DNA of 64,000 nt from Octopus bimaculoides (taxonomy: Eukaryota), in contig NC_068985.1 in NCBI RefSeq assembly GCF_001194135.2, positions 47,312,885 to 47,376,884 of the forward strand, in the 5' to 3' direction. This document shows positions 38,414 to 52,763 of this stretch, in pieces. Below the pieces are notes generated by a model that was not told the DNA's origin, did no database searches, and saw nothing but the letters and a program-made list of their open reading frames with translations. Made by a program: the position numbers and the translations under genes. Each line of letters begins with the position of its first letter. Positions within the stretch are counted from its first letter, which is position 1.

Positions 38414-39500
38414 CGCTCCATATCTTCTTTCAGAACGCTTCCATTTCTTCAGTTGCTCCCTTAATTCTATCTTACTTTCGCCAATTTCGGTATTAAATTT
38501 CTTTGCATCCATCTTGAATATCTTGCTTTGTCGATAAAAGGTGATGATTTTTATCATACCATCTCCGCCGTTGGGCTTTTAGCAGTATTTGCTGTTTCAC
38601 TAGTTCCTTGGTTGCAGGGAGGTTTTTTAACATCTTTGATTTTATATTTTGCTAGAACTTTCTTCTTTTTTTCGCCTTAACAATTACTCCTCTAACAAAT
38701 TCATCGAGAACTGATACATCCACCCGCATAGATTCGATCACTTTTTGTATTGCTACTTTCTATTTAGGCGATCTATTGACATAGTTAGTCTTTTCTGTAT
38801 CGTCTTGATGCCTATTTAAGAAGAAACAACTTTAGCAGTGGAATAGATGAGGTTATTTAAGGTTGTTAGGTCATTTCCCTTATTTCTTAAGGTTTAAGAG
38901 CAACATTATATATAATGATTATGTTGTTTTTTATGCTGTTTGAGAACTTTGACNNNNNNNNNNNNNNNNNNNNNNNNNNNNNNNNNNNNNNNNNNNNNNN
39001 NNNNNNNNNNNNNNNNNNNNNNNNNNNNNNNNNNNNNNNNNNNNNNNNNNNNNATTATATATAATGATTATGTTGTTTTTTATGCTGTTTGAGAACTTTG
39101 ACAGCGATTTTCTATTGATCAGGTCAGTAAACTCAGTCTTGCTGAGTTCTCTCATAATATCGTCTTTTGCTTCTATGATCTTTTTATTATTCACCTCAAA
39201 TTCTGTGTCATATCTACTATGTTGTTCTTGGGGTAGGTCTACTTTCTCCTCTTTTCCCGCATATCTGTTCTTCGTTATACTTCCTTCAACTTCCTCATTG
39301 AGATGCACTGCTCGTACACAGGGGTTCTGTTACCTTTTTCCTTAATCTCAAAACTTTGCCATGTTTCTTCATGTCTTCTGTTACTACTGGGTCTTCTTTA
39401 TTTACATAGACATTATCTAATATATACGAACATCTTAAAGAACCCAATTATTTTCGGTAGCCAACACCGACCATACCATGTTCTTGGTTTCCCTATTTTT
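37960..39500 (-). pseudogene. decayed R4/Dong-type LINE, N-terminal region to RT start, interrupted by (CA)(TA) tract and N gap
   Basis: YRQSKIFKMDAKKFNTEIG and LTGLDRILNFWLNCLSEVHENF...VIQNP resemble RQNRLF..NQKKFY and PGPDGI.NFWLK motifs upstream of REL-type RT. Confidence 0.6.
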
Positions 39501-40400
39501 GATGTCGTATGTCTAGCAATGATAATTTGAACTGTACATATATGTGTATATACGAAAGTATGCGTGTGAGTGCGCGCATATATATGGTGCGTTTCCACTT
39601 GCGTGTCTGCCTGTGTATCATTATTATCATTGTTATGATTAACATTTTTTCCACTAGGTGGGTTATTAGTATTGTTGTTAATACTGTTGTCATCAGGGTT
39701 GTTATTTTTTTATGTTGCTAGTCTTTCTAGTTATTATTCAAATTGTTATTGCTATTGGGATTAATTTTGTTTGTGTTCCTATTGTTTTTGCTGTTATTTC
39801 AGGACTTGTTGCTGTTATTTTAATTATTGCTCACGTTGCTATTGGGTATTGTTGGCGTTAGTACTTCATTTGTTGTTATTAAAGCGGTTGTTGTTGTTAG
39901 CTCGTTTATGATGTTACATTTACTATTAGTTTGTTGTCCTTTTTTTTTTTTTGATCATGTTATCAAAAATTAGGCTGAAATGCAACAGCAAAAACAGCAG
40001 TAATAATAAAAATAGACACACACAACAGTGCATACAAAACAAACTAGTCACAACAGACATAATAGCAAAAGAAACTATATTACAAGAAAATGTCACACTA
40101 AACAGAATGCACAGAATACCCACAGCCATCACAGGCATAGCAACAACAACAATACAAAGAACATAACAAATGTATAGAGACACACAATAAGAACAATACT
40201 ACCAGCATCACCACAAATTACAAAAACAAAAACTACAAAACATGTAATACACACACACACATATATACACACATAAACAAATAAAATTTGCTTCAACACA
40301 CGAATTCACATCATGAATCTTGCAAGCCAGATTAAAAAACGAAGGATACACACACACACACATATGCATACGTATGTATGTATGTATGTATGTATGTATG

Positions 40401-40434
<34 letters not shown>

Positions 40435-41228
40435 NNNNNNNNNNNNNNNNNNNNNNNNNNNNNNNNNNNNNNNNNNNNNNNNNNNNNNNNATATATATCG
40501 ACCCTGTAGAACAGCCAGAACAACGCTAACAACAACATGAAGCACATCAAAACTAAGAAATAACAAGAAAATGAGTAAGGCACATACACACGTACATACA
40601 TATACATACCATATATTTTACATGCACGCACACACAATATATATATATATATATATACATATACAGACCCTTTACAACAAGGAAACAAAGATAACAACAT
40701 GAACAAACGAAACTAGAAAAAAATTAAAAAAGAACAAAAACGAATAAAAAACATGAACATATAAGTATGAAAAAGGAGAATTGATTTCCAAATAATCGAC
40801 CTGTTATTCATTGCTAATTTTTCTCCACGTCTTTTGAAGTAATTTCATTATTTGATTTAGTGATTTTTTTTTATTGGTCTCTTATGATTTATATTTGTGT
40901 TGTATTTGTATTTTATATTATTTTTGTAATATTCTTTTTTGCAATATTTATTTCATTTTTAAAATTATATTTGTGAGATTGCTATGATGTATTCTTTTGT
41001 TTTTTTCTGTTAGATTTTTTTTATTTTTGTTTATTGATTTTCTTGTTAGGAGATTCTTTGGTAGTTTGCATGCTGCTGGTCGTGGTAATAACAACTAGCT
41101 TTGTATTTATTTATTTATTTAATTATTTATTTATTTATTCTATGTCTGCATGTCTGCGTATTTTTTTTTTCCTTTCTGTCAGTTTGTATTTTATTTTCGT
41201 CCTAATTGTATTCAAACGAAAATAATTT

Positions 41229-41245
41229 CTGCGCTGCGCCCAAAC

Positions 41246-41324
<79 letters not shown>

Positions 41325-41337
41325 TTAATAATAAAAC

Positions 41338-41385
<48 letters not shown>

Positions 41386-41540
41386 TAATAATAATAATAA
41401 TAACAATAAAGACAACAACGACAACAACAATAAAAATAATTATAATAACAATAACAATGATAATGATGAGGATGATGATGATGATGATGACGATGATGCT
41501 GATGACGACGACGACGACGATAATGATGATGATGATGATG
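41229..41540. repeat. (AAT)n/(GAT)n microsatellite array
   Basis: Triplet runs giving poly-N/poly-D ORFs. Confidence 0.95.
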
Positions 41541-41947
41541 TTTATAATGATGATGTGGAGAAGGATGGCGAGGATAAATGCAATAACAAAAATAACAATG
41601 ACAATATTTACTATAAAGTCGGTGCTAGTGATGATGATGTGAAATGATGATGATGGTGTTTATGATGTTGATCATCATGACGATGATGATGATGTTAATT
41701 TGGACACTCTTTTATCATCATTATTATTATAGACATGATAATAATGACAATTGTTCATATCTTCCTTATTTTTACTATTTTTCTTCTTATAATTATTATT
41801 ATTAATCGATGATATTTTTATGTTGAATTTAAAATCTAACATGGACTGATATTTAATCAATATTTTGACGTTTTTTCAGAGTTGTTATTGATTTCTATTA
41901 AAATCTTTATAGTCATTTTTTCACATTAATATAAAACGCAGTGACAA

Positions 41948-42032
<85 letters not shown>

Positions 42033-42060
42033 GTAATAATAATAATGATAATAATAATAA
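41948..42060. repeat. (AAT)n microsatellite
   Basis: Triplet run. Confidence 0.97.
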
Positions 42061-42515
42061 TGAATGAAGAAATCGAAATTTGTTGTACAGAAAAAATGAT
42101 ATCGTTTCGTTCTGATATTTAAAGTACAAAAATAAAACACAAAGATATAGAATGAAAAGAAAAAAATATATTAGCTGAAAGAAATATTCTTTGTGGGTTT
42201 TAAGTTAATGAGTTAAAGGAAAACAAATTAAGTTTGGTGGTCAAGTTCCGGGTATAAGAGGGTCACGATATTGAATTCTCACAAAATAAAGCAGGTTTAG
42301 AAACAAATAATGCTGGTTGAGAGTTCAAATTTTTTCAATTATGAGAATGTTGTACGTTGCTGCGTCTGTAAACAACAAAAAATATTAGATGTTTGTCTTG
42401 ACATATTAGTCGTCACCCAAATATATGGGGTACATTTTTTTACTACAAACAGGTGCGGAGCTCCGAGTTCAATACGACTGTATGAAACTTGAACAAGTTC
42501 TTTCTATTATGGCTG

Positions 42516-42568
<53 letters not shown>

Positions 42569-42871
42569 CCACACACACACACACACACACANNNNNNNNN
42601 NNNNNNNNNNNNNNNNNNNNNNNNNNNNNNNNNNNNNNNNNNNNNNNNNNNNNNNNNNNNNNNNNNNNNNNNNNNNNNNNNNNNNNNNNNNNNNNNNNNN
42701 NNNNNNNNNNNNNNNNNNNNNNNNNNNNNNNNNNNNNNNNNNNNNNNNNNNNNNNNNNNNNNNNNNNNNNNNNNNNNNNNNNNNNNNNNNNNNNNNNNNN
42801 NNNNNNNNNNNNNNNNNNNNNNNNNNNNNNNNNNNNNNNNNNNNATATATATATATATATATATATATAAG

Positions 42872-43195
42872 CATAGATGTTTCGATCAGGGATTGGTCCA
42901 TCTGATAGGATTATCCAAATCCATTTTAAGTCGAGTTTTGTAGTACCATGGTCCATTTGAGTTGGGATTTCTTGTTGAGTGAGTTGTATTCAGCTATAGG
43001 TGGCTTGTCTGGTATTTCTTGAAGAAATATGTCTAGATTCCGTTTAAAGTTAATGTAATCCTTCCACTTTTTGATCTCTTTCGGGACTATGTTAAATAGA
43101 GTAGAGCCTGTTGAAGAAAAAAATTGTGTTGCAGTGTATTTATGTGTTGTGATCCTGAATTAGGTAGGGGATATATATCCTGTATTCCTAGATTT
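42872..43195 (-). mobile_element. 3' fragment of CR1/L2-group LINE
   Basis: Reverse complement homologous to 17741-18062; abuts a (TA)n tract. Confidence 0.75.
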
Positions 43196-44714
43196 GGATG
43201 AATATTGAAGCTAATATTGAGGGCGTGTGGGCAATGCTGGGTGATAAATATATATATATTGTAACAATATAATATTTTTTTTATGTATTCTTTTGATGTA
43301 TTCTTTTTTCGAACTGAGGAGAATAGTAATATGCAATTAATTTAACTATAATTAAATTAATTTCTAATTTTTCTACCATGTGTTTTTTATATAATATTAC
43401 CGTTCAAATTGATCGTATACATGGATTAAATTTTTTTTAAACTTTTAACACCTTTTCTTCTCCATCCTTAATTTTTTGTTGAGTTTCTATAAGATATGCT
43501 TTCTACAAATGCTCATAACACATATTATACTTGTAGCATTTTCATATTCGAAAAATTCTTACAAGAGTAAGATACCAATGTAATATTAGAAATCGACCTT
43601 TGGAAACCCCACCCAAGTAAGGGAAGAAATCGAATTCAACCTTTTCACATATATATATATATACATACATACTTACATACACACACACACACACACACAC
43701 AGATATATGCATGCAGGCATACCTACATATATGTATATAGTCATATTTATAAATATCTGTCTTCCATATTATATATGCATAAAAGTATGAGTTCAAAGAA
43801 TGTGGACTGAGTTCATCCTTTACAAGCATTTGGTATTAGAAATCCTAGCCTATTAAAATAAGGATTCTAATTTGGACAGATGGAGATGTGATTCTGCACA
43901 GGTATAGTTGTTAGCAAGGCTATAAGATTTACAACAGAGATTCCATTCAATTCGCTTAGGTGATATTACATTGGTTTAGGACGAGAATATGAATCTCCTT
44001 CTATGGAGTGATTCTATCAGTGAAATCTTATAGTTGGGTGGATATTTACTCTAGATATATGCCATTATTTGATTCTTGAGTGTATACTAAAGCCATGTAG
44101 ATGTTTTTCTTTTGAAATGTATGCTTATGTGTAAAACCCGAGTCTCATTTGCCTTATTTTAGATATTGGATCTCGGTAGAAAACTGTTTTCTAAGCATGC
44201 GTTTAGTCATTAAATTTCCTTAAGTGTATTCATTACGAATAGTATATGGTGTATCTGGTGTATATTATGTTTTTATATTTTGGTATTATTCCGTTTTGTA
44301 TAAGGCAGAATTACGAAAAGGAATCGATGCGTGGTGGGAATCGATGTCCATACCACCTGTTTTTTTTAATAAATGACACGCACACACAGACAAAGATATA
44401 TATGTGCAACAAGTACCTATATATATATATATATNNNNNNNNNNNNNNNNNNNNNNNNNNNNNNNNNNNNNNNNNNNNNNNNNNNNNNNNNNNNNNNNNN
44501 NNNNNNNNNNNNNNNNNNNNNNNNNNNNNNNNNNNNNNNNNNNNNNNNNNNNNNNNNNNNNNNNNNNNNNNNNNNNNNNNNNNNNNNNNNNNNNNNNNNN
44601 NNNNNNNNNNNNNNNNNNNNNNNNNNNNNNNNNNNNNNNNNNNNNNNNNNNNNNNNNNNNNNNNNNNNNNNNNNNNNNNNNNNNNNNNNNNNNNNNNNNN
44701 NNNNNNNNNNNNNN

Positions 44715-44749
<35 letters not shown>

Positions 44750-45742
44750 GTATGTATATATAGTTGGGCCGGTGGCTGCTTATACGAACAGTTGGTGAGA
44801 TGCCTTCACCAACAGGTGGAGAGTGGTTCTTACTGCTGCTAACATAACGTCGAGAAGGTAACAGAATCGGTGTAACTAGACATTTCTGAGACTGCTTCCT
44901 TCTGAGGCCTTTCCACTTGAAATATAAAGGTTTCGTAAAGCTTTCTGCATTGTCAGAAGCTACTCTACATTTGTGTGTAAACTTGAAGTTATGTATCTTC
45001 ATGTGAAAAGATGTAACATATTCATTATATATAAATAATTGCAGACTGAAACCAGTTGATGTCCTGAAATTGTCGCCCATTGTGCTGCTACTTGTAAATA
45101 AACCACCGTACCAAAAACCAGTCATCGTTTATATAACACTAAAATAAGTAATAAAACAAAAGTTAGTTATATCAAGTTTGACTTAATTTGAGCGAAAACT
45201 GTAGATTCATGTAGTTAGTTGCTATTTGATTGAGTTGCAATTCAATGGCCTCTTTTAATACTGCGTATTTGAATACTGAATAATAATCCGATAAGAATTC
45301 ATTAACTGCAAAAACCAGATGACGATAACTTATCTATTTAGTTGAAAGCAGTATTATTTTATTGTTCTGTTTTGTTTCTACATAAACGTTAAAAGTTCAG
45401 TTGTCAAACTGCCTGATTTATGCAGATTTATACGGATAATATAGATGCTGAAGTGAGAACAATGCATATATATATAAATAATATATGTTTGCAGGTTAAA
45501 ATGACGTGTTTATTCAAATGTCACATTTTATGCCATTATAGGAAAAAGAATAACAAGGTAACTGCTGTATAGAAAAAAGATAAGCTAACAGGAATGAAAC
45601 ATCGGAACTGTGATGAATTCCGGTTAGAAGTAAGTTATTTCACAGATATGGATGAAGGTATAAATGTCAAATCATTTCCTAAACCATGGAAACATGAAGT
45701 TATATGAGGTCTGAATAAAAAATATCCTTTCTGTTCTTACCA

Positions 45743-45775
<33 letters not shown>

Positions 45776-46008
45776 ATTGCAACGTGATATACATATATAC
45801 ATACATATGTGTNNNNNNNNNNNNNNNNNNNNNNNNNNNNNNNNNNNNNNNNNNNNNNNNNNNNNNNNNNNNNNNNNNNNNNNNNNNNNNNNNNNNNNNN
45901 NNNNNNNNNNNNNNNNNNNNNNNNNNNNNNNNNNNNNNNNNNNNNNNNNNNNNNNNNNNNNNNNNNNNNNNNNNNNNNNNNNNNNNNNNNNNNNNNNNNN
46001 NNNNNNNN

Positions 46009-46062
<54 letters not shown>

Positions 46063-46289
46063 CTCATGTAATCATATGTAAATATGTGTATGTATATATG
46101 TGCATGTATATGGATATGTATACATATACGTATATATACAAGTATATATGTATGCATATATATATACATATGTGTGTGTGTGTGTGTGCGCGTGTGTGTG
46201 TATACACAATTTTTTACTAGCTGTACAATTTGCAAGAAAATTATATGGTTTCATGCGAATATCTTGAATTAGGTGATTTATCTCGATCT

Positions 46290-46480
46290 ATTTATGAGTA
46301 ACAGCGCGAGGATTATTCGGCTCAGGGTCCCCAGATCGTGAGGTCGATTTCGTGCGCAGCGAGGTGTCTTTCGACACTAGCCCACTCAACGGGCAAACAT
46401 GTGTAATACCTGAGTATGAAGGAGGCTAGCATTGTAACATTCTGTGTCAAGTCCATTCTACGTTAATCTACGCTTGTCTG
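46290..46480 (+). mobile_element. decayed SINE-like element
   Basis: CCCAGATCGTGAGGTCGATTTCG resembles a tRNA variable-loop/B-box segment; ends at a CA/CATA microsatellite. Confidence 0.4.
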
Positions 46481-46513
46481 TGTATTTCACGCACCCATAC
46501 ACACACACATACA

Positions 46514-46549
<36 letters not shown>

Positions 46550-47744
46550 TATATATACATGTATATANNNNNNNNNNNNNNNNNNNNNNNNNNNNNNNNN
46601 NNNNNNNNNNNNNNNNNNNNNNNNNNNNNNNNNNNNNNNNNNNNNNNNNNNNNNNNNNNNNNNNNNNNNNNNNNNNNNNNNNNNNNNNNNNNNNNNNNNN
46701 NNNNNNNNNNNNNNNNNNNNNNNNNNNNNNNNNNNNNNNNNNNNNNNNNNNNNNNNNNNNNNNNNNNNNNNNNNNNNNNNNNNNNNNNNNNNNNNNNNNN
46801 NNNNNNNNNNNNNNNNNNNNNNNNNNNNNNNNNNNNNNNNNNNNNNNNNNNNNNNNNNNNNNNNNNNNNNNNNNNNNNNNNATGTATACAAGCATACATA
46901 TATCAATAATATTAATACGCTAAATTTTTGGTTTTGTACTTACCTGTTGTGTACGTGACACTTACTTCAAAGAAGTGGCAAAGCAAGAGAGAGGGAGAGA
47001 GAGAGAGAAAGTAAGAGAGTGAAAGAGAAAGAGAGAGAGAGTGAGAGAGAAAGAGAGAGAGTGAAAGAAACAGTGAGCGGTGACGGCGTTCGTTTCGTGT
47101 TTTTAAATGTTTATGAGATCGCAAGAGAAGTAGATACATTGATACATATACACATTATTAAATCAAAAGCGCGAGAGAAGAGGGACACAAAGGAAGGGAA
47201 AGAAAAAGAGAAAAATGAGAGATACAGTAGATAAATAAATCTAAAGAAAAGTTCATGCTTAGATACATACACACAGCAAATATTGAATGTCAATTTCACT
47301 TTTCATTACCACACGAGGATATAATTAACTCACAAATGGCTAAGTACTCCACAGACATGCGTAACATTAACGTAGTTCTCAGGGAGATGCAGCCTCACAC
47401 AGAATATGACAAGGTTGGCCTCTTCGAATTACAACTACAACTCGAGATATATATATATATGAATGTATTTGTGTGTGTATATAGTTTATGTTAGTTAAAA
47501 CATGTTTGCAATAATAAGTGTCGCGTGGTAGAAATACTACCAAACTTTCATTCATAAATCCATTTATTTCGTTGTACATTAGGGTTCTTAGAATATGTAC
47601 CATGTATTTTAAGGTTAAATAGTAATTCCGTTTACGCTTGTGTAACAGATATTTTGGTTGGATTATATAGTCACTGGTGTTACTTTACTTTCTGTATTTT
47701 GTAACTGTCACAATATACTTTTCTAGGCCTGAATTTTTAAGTGG

Positions 47745-47870
47745 GGGAGGATGTCAGATGATTGGATCGACCCCAGTACACAACTGATAATTTATCGACC
47801 CCGAGAGGACGAAAGGCAAAGTCAATCTCGGCAGAATTTGAATACAGAACGTAAAGACAGACGGTCATAA
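47745..47870 (-). mobile_element. tRNA-derived SINE fragment (family 1)
   Basis: GACCCCGAGAGGACGAAAGGCAAAGTCAATCTCGGCAGAATTTGAATACAGAACGTAAAGACAGAC is the reverse complement of the family-1 core. Confidence 0.7.
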
Positions 47871-48015
47871 TATACAAACATTTCTCATGGCACCAGTACA
47901 CTGTTTACAGATGTTTACATTTTTTATGCTTTCCGTGAACTTTTCACGGGTCCAGCTCGTATATATTAATATTTGATATATATAATTGTACGCAAACACA
48001 AGTCTATATATACAT

Positions 48016-48056
<41 letters not shown>

Positions 48057-50357
48057 NNNNNNNNNNNNNNNNNNNNNNNNNNNNNNNNNNNNNNNNNNNN
48101 NNNNNNNNNNNNNNNNNNNNNNNNNNNNNNNNNNNNNNNNNNNNNNNNNNNNNNNNNNNNNNNNNNACGTCTGTGGTCGGTAACCTTAAATGTATTTAAA
48201 ATGGTTGCTTTTACGTGTGAATATGTGTGTGTGTGTATGTGTGTGTAAAAGGTTGAAAAGGAACACACGAGTTGATATGTTGAAAAAGTCGCCAAGACTG
48301 AAACCGGCAATAAAATGTTCTTCATGATAAAATTATTTTAGCATTTTCTATGTTGTATTTTTCCTGATATATATATACAGGCACAATGTATGTGCATAAT
48401 GATAATCAACTAATTAAAAAATAGCAGTATCATTGAATTAGAGGATCATACGAACATGGTAAACTCACAAATCAGTACTTCGAGTTTCCTGGCAAGACGC
48501 TGGTATGATGTTTTTCGAGTCCAAAAAGGTACACAGTAGCTGCGACACAATTCATCATCTATACGCTGAAGAAATTTCAAGTAAATTTTCTATCAACAAA
48601 TTTAACGACACCATTTAAACGTCCAAAATGTACAACTGAGCTTGACTTAATTTTTAGATATCTGCCACCAGACGTGGATGCACAAACGCTGGATACACGC
48701 ATGGAACATGGATAGTGAAGCTGTATAAACATAACATTCATGCATAATTACACTTATATATATATAGTATGTGTGCTTATTTTGTGGTACGAAATGCGTA
48801 AAATTACTTAATGTGTTTCTATGCTTAAAATGTGTAGAGACTTACATGTCTAAATTCCGTGAAATGAAGAGGAATTATACACCAAACAATAGTGTCGCTC
48901 GTTCGGTGGAGTGTACAGGAGCGAAACCGTCGGTTTATACTTCCAGCTTTTAGATGTCAGATTAAAACAAAAACGCAAACAACAACCAGCTCATACATGT
49001 ATACATTTATGAATACGCATATATACTGAGATAGACACTTGTATATACATGCATATAACATAAAGCAAATTTTTAAATGCATACATGATTTAAGTTTTTT
49101 TAAAGTGTTCACTTACATTTTAAAGTAAATTCTAATTTAAGCTATGCAGTAAAATATAGCAACTCATTGTGTCGCAGTTATTGATATTACATTGTACTGT
49201 ATAATACATTATTACATTATATTGTATAATAATCCAGTGGTTTTGTCTTTAATATTTTGTATTGTCTGTTTTATAATCGTTAAATCAATAATCTAAAGAA
49301 TCTCTTTCATTAGTTTAATGCATTTAACTCTTTTTTTATTTGTATTTTGCATCCATCTCAATTCAAGAACTCTCCCTCTCTCTGTCTCCCTATGTATATA
49401 TATATATATATATATNNNNNNNNNNNNNNNNNNNNNNNNNNNNNNNNNNNNNNNNNNNNNNNNNNNNNNNNNNNNNNNNNNNNNNNNNNNNNNNNNNNNN
49501 NNNNNNNNNNNNNNNNNNNNNNNNNNNNNNNNNNNNNNNNNNNNNNNNNNNNNNNNNNNNNNNNNNNNNNNNNNNNNNNNNNNNNNNNNNNNNNNNNNNN
49601 NNNNNNNNNNNNNNNNNNNNNNNNNNNNNNNNNNNNNNNNNNNNNNNNNNNNNNNNNNNNNNNNNNNNNNNNNNNNNNNNNNNNNNNNNNNNNNNNNNNN
49701 NNNNNNNNNNNNNNNNNNNNNNNNNNNNNNNNNNNNNNNNNNNNNNNNNNNNNNNNNNNNNNNNNNNNNNNNNNNNNNNNNNNNNNNNNNNNNNNNNNNN
49801 NNNNNNNNNNNNNNNNNNNNNNNNNNNNNNNNNNNNNNNNNNNNNNNNNNNNNNNNNNNNNNNNNNNNNNNNNNNNNNNNNNNNNNNNNNNNNNNNNNNN
49901 NNNNNNNNNNNNNNNNNNNNNNNNNNNNNNNNNNNNNNNNNNNNNNNNNNNNNNNNNNNNNNNNNNNNNNNNNNNNNNNNNNNNNNNNNNNNNNNNNNNN
50001 NNNNNNNNNNNNNNNNNNNNNNNNNNNNNNNNNNNNNNNNNNNNNNNNNNNNNNNNNNNNNNNNNNNNNNNNNNNNNNNNNNNNNNNNNNNNNNNNNNNN
50101 NNNNNNNNNNNNNNNNNNNNNNNNNNNNNNNNNNNNNNNNNNNNNNNNNNNNNNNNNNNNNNNNNNNNNNNNNNNNNNNNNNNNNNNNNNNNNNNNNNNN
50201 NNNNNNNNNNNNNNNNNNNNNNNNNNNNNNNNNNNNNNNNNNNNNNNNNNNNNNNNNNNNNNNNNNNNNNNNNNNNNNNNNNNNNNNNNNNNNNNNNNNN
50301 NNNNNNNNNNNNNNNNNNNNNNNNNNNNNNNATATATATATATATATATATATATAT

Positions 50358-50521
50358 CAATTTTTTTTCTCCGTGTTTTTCTCCTTGTCTCCCTATTCTT
50401 TCTGTTGAAGAGCGTAGCTCGAAACGTCAAAGACTTTCCGTATTCCCGAGCGCCATACTAATATATACTTTTGTTATTTACACCACCTGTCCTCGTCTGT
50501 TGTTATTATTTGTATATTCTC

Positions 50522-50525
<4 letters not shown>
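50358..50525 (+). mobile_element. short non-coding repeat embedded in (TA)n, probable Penelope-like pLTR remnant
   Basis: ~170-bp unique segment between two TA tracts, carrying an HHR-shaped motif; PLE origin is inferred. Confidence 0.5.
50397..50433 (+). ncRNA. minimal type I hammerhead-like motif with A6-to-U core variant
   Basis: UCUUU-CUGUUGA-A-GAGC(gua)GCUC-GAAAC-GUC-AAAGA: perfect stems I and II, ACGU palindrome, GUC triplet. Confidence 0.6.
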
Positions 50526-50565
<40 letters not shown>

Positions 50566-52226
50566 GAAAGCATGAATTATGTCTGTGTATACGCATGTGT
50601 ACACGACGGATTGCATGGAACACTCCAGCTTACAATGGTAATTACTACAATATTGTTTTACTTGTTCCATATACATATAGCCATTTTCATTTTATGAAAA
50701 TCTTTAATACACTTAATATTCCATGCAGTTTATATTGTTTCTTTTCTTTTTCTCTTCTTAAATCGATTTTCGTAATTCATTAAAAATCAATTGATCTATG
50801 TCTATTCATATTTCTCTTCCTCTCTAAAATTTTCTCTCTCTCCATATATACATACATACATACATACATACATACATACACACATATATTCCTTTTCAAC
50901 CACGTTCTTATGGATTCTTTGAAAGCTATCTCTCTGCAGTGGTAAGAATACAAATGTATATTGTAAGATACTCGGTTCAGACACGCCACGCACATACACA
51001 TCACACACAAACACATATGCAAATGCTAACACACATTCACGACAAAAATCGATATAGCTTTCGAATATTCGATATTAAATGCATATATCTCTACTATACA
51101 CTCGCACCAAGGGACACGCGCAAATCTAGGTACACATACACGCATACAAATGCACGCATGTATATGTATATTGTGTTTACATATACGTCTAGGTACACAC
51201 ATGTAGTTACACACAAACAAACATACTTAGAGACAGACGTTTATGGTTGTCTATATTTATCTGCGTCTATGTGTACGCATGCTAGTGTTTGTGTGTTCAC
51301 ATGATGTCAGACAGCTCCCAGTATTTTTTGTTGATGTCGAATGGATGCACATCGCATTTTATTAGCTAGATAAAACCTTGCTGAAAAAGTCTAATTTACG
51401 TAATTACTTACTTATTTTTTAAAACATGCTCTTTAAGTCAACTGATTCATAGGCAGTGTTTGCCTCTTTCACATCTGTCTGTCCTTCTTCTTTCTGCCCA
51501 CTCACTTTCCCTCTCTTCTCGCTTTCTCCCGATTTAGTCCCCTTCGTATTTCCGTGTCTTTAGAGCCGATATCACTGTGCAGTACTTTGGCTCAAGTATT
51601 TTGTGCCATCGCTTTAGTTCGTTTATTACCATCAAATGTCTAGAAGTCATTCGAAGGGCCATGTCCTGTTTATGGGTAGTAGACTTAATCGGTCACATTA
51701 TCTTGCAAGTATTCAAGCCAGTTCTTGAAAATCTCCAAGGGCATGGCTGTTATTTAACTTCTGACTAAGCCACAAGAGAAACATTAAGATTAATTAATTG
51801 AAGAGGATATTTCCATATCAATAGAGCTAAATATTTCCTGTTAAACTATTCATGTAATTTTCCCCGCCAAAAATCATTTCCTTCTGAAATCAAGTAGGTT
51901 TTTTAAAAGTAAATATCATTTAGCCTTATAGATTAATAAATAATATTTTTATTTGATTCTTATTATTATTCTTTTATTCAATCTGACGCCTAACTTAACT
52001 AAAGAAAGACGTTTCAGTCTTGACCATCCCTTCTTTGTTTTGTATGTCTGGGAACAAATTGTAAGACTACATGATTTTATTTAGGGGAAATTTGACTAGA
52101 AATATTTTAAAGACCACCGACGGGCTTATTCTTTCTTGGTCACCAATTGTTTGTAGCAAAAAAAAAAAACAAAAAAAAACATACTGAGATGGATTTTTAT
52201 TTATGCTTTATATCCAGAAATTCGGG

Positions 52227-52430
52227 CAGCGAGCAAGCAGAATCGTCAGCACACCGGACAAAATGATTTACGGCATTTCGTCCGTTTTTACCTTCTGAGT
52301 TCAAATTCCACCGAGGTCTCCTTTGCCTTTCATCCAATCAGGATCCATGAAATAAGTACCTTTGAGGAGTCGATGTAATCGACTTACCCACTTCCGCGAA
52401 AGTATTGGCCGTGTGTGCCAAAATTTGAAA
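52227..52430 (+). mobile_element. tRNA-derived SINE (family 1)
   Basis: GCAGAATCGTCAGCACACCGG...TTCTGAGTTCAAATTCCACCGAGGTCTCCTTTGCCTTTCATCC. Confidence 0.75.
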
Positions 52431-52763
52431 GCAATACATCCAGAAATTGTAGGAAATTAATTTGTCGGAAATTAATTTGTTCACCTTATATCAACTGTGA
52501 TATTATCTTGTAGCATCTCTTATAAAATTACGGAATACTCTCATTTGGAATGTTCTCAATCTTAGACATGGTAACCGTGTTCTTTATTTGTTCGCTTATT
52601 CTACCTAATTCAATCTCACATACGCAACATCTATGCCTTTAAGCATAATCTCAGGTACATAGCTGCTTTGTGAGAGGATTTTTTTACATTGAAGCTGTAT
52701 ATATGTGTGTATTATGTAAGATATAGAGATACGCGCGTATATGTGTGTATGTAATATAAAACT

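Noticed and set aside
38905-39102. 49-bp direct repeat on both sides of an N gap
   Set aside because: Identical sequence flanking a 100-N gap is typical of an unmerged contig overlap (assembly artefact).
52001-52036. GAAAC-GUC-UUUCUUU with upstream AAAGAA (minus strand)
   Set aside because: Left core reads GGGAUG and the stem II loop is only 2 nt; too degenerate to call.
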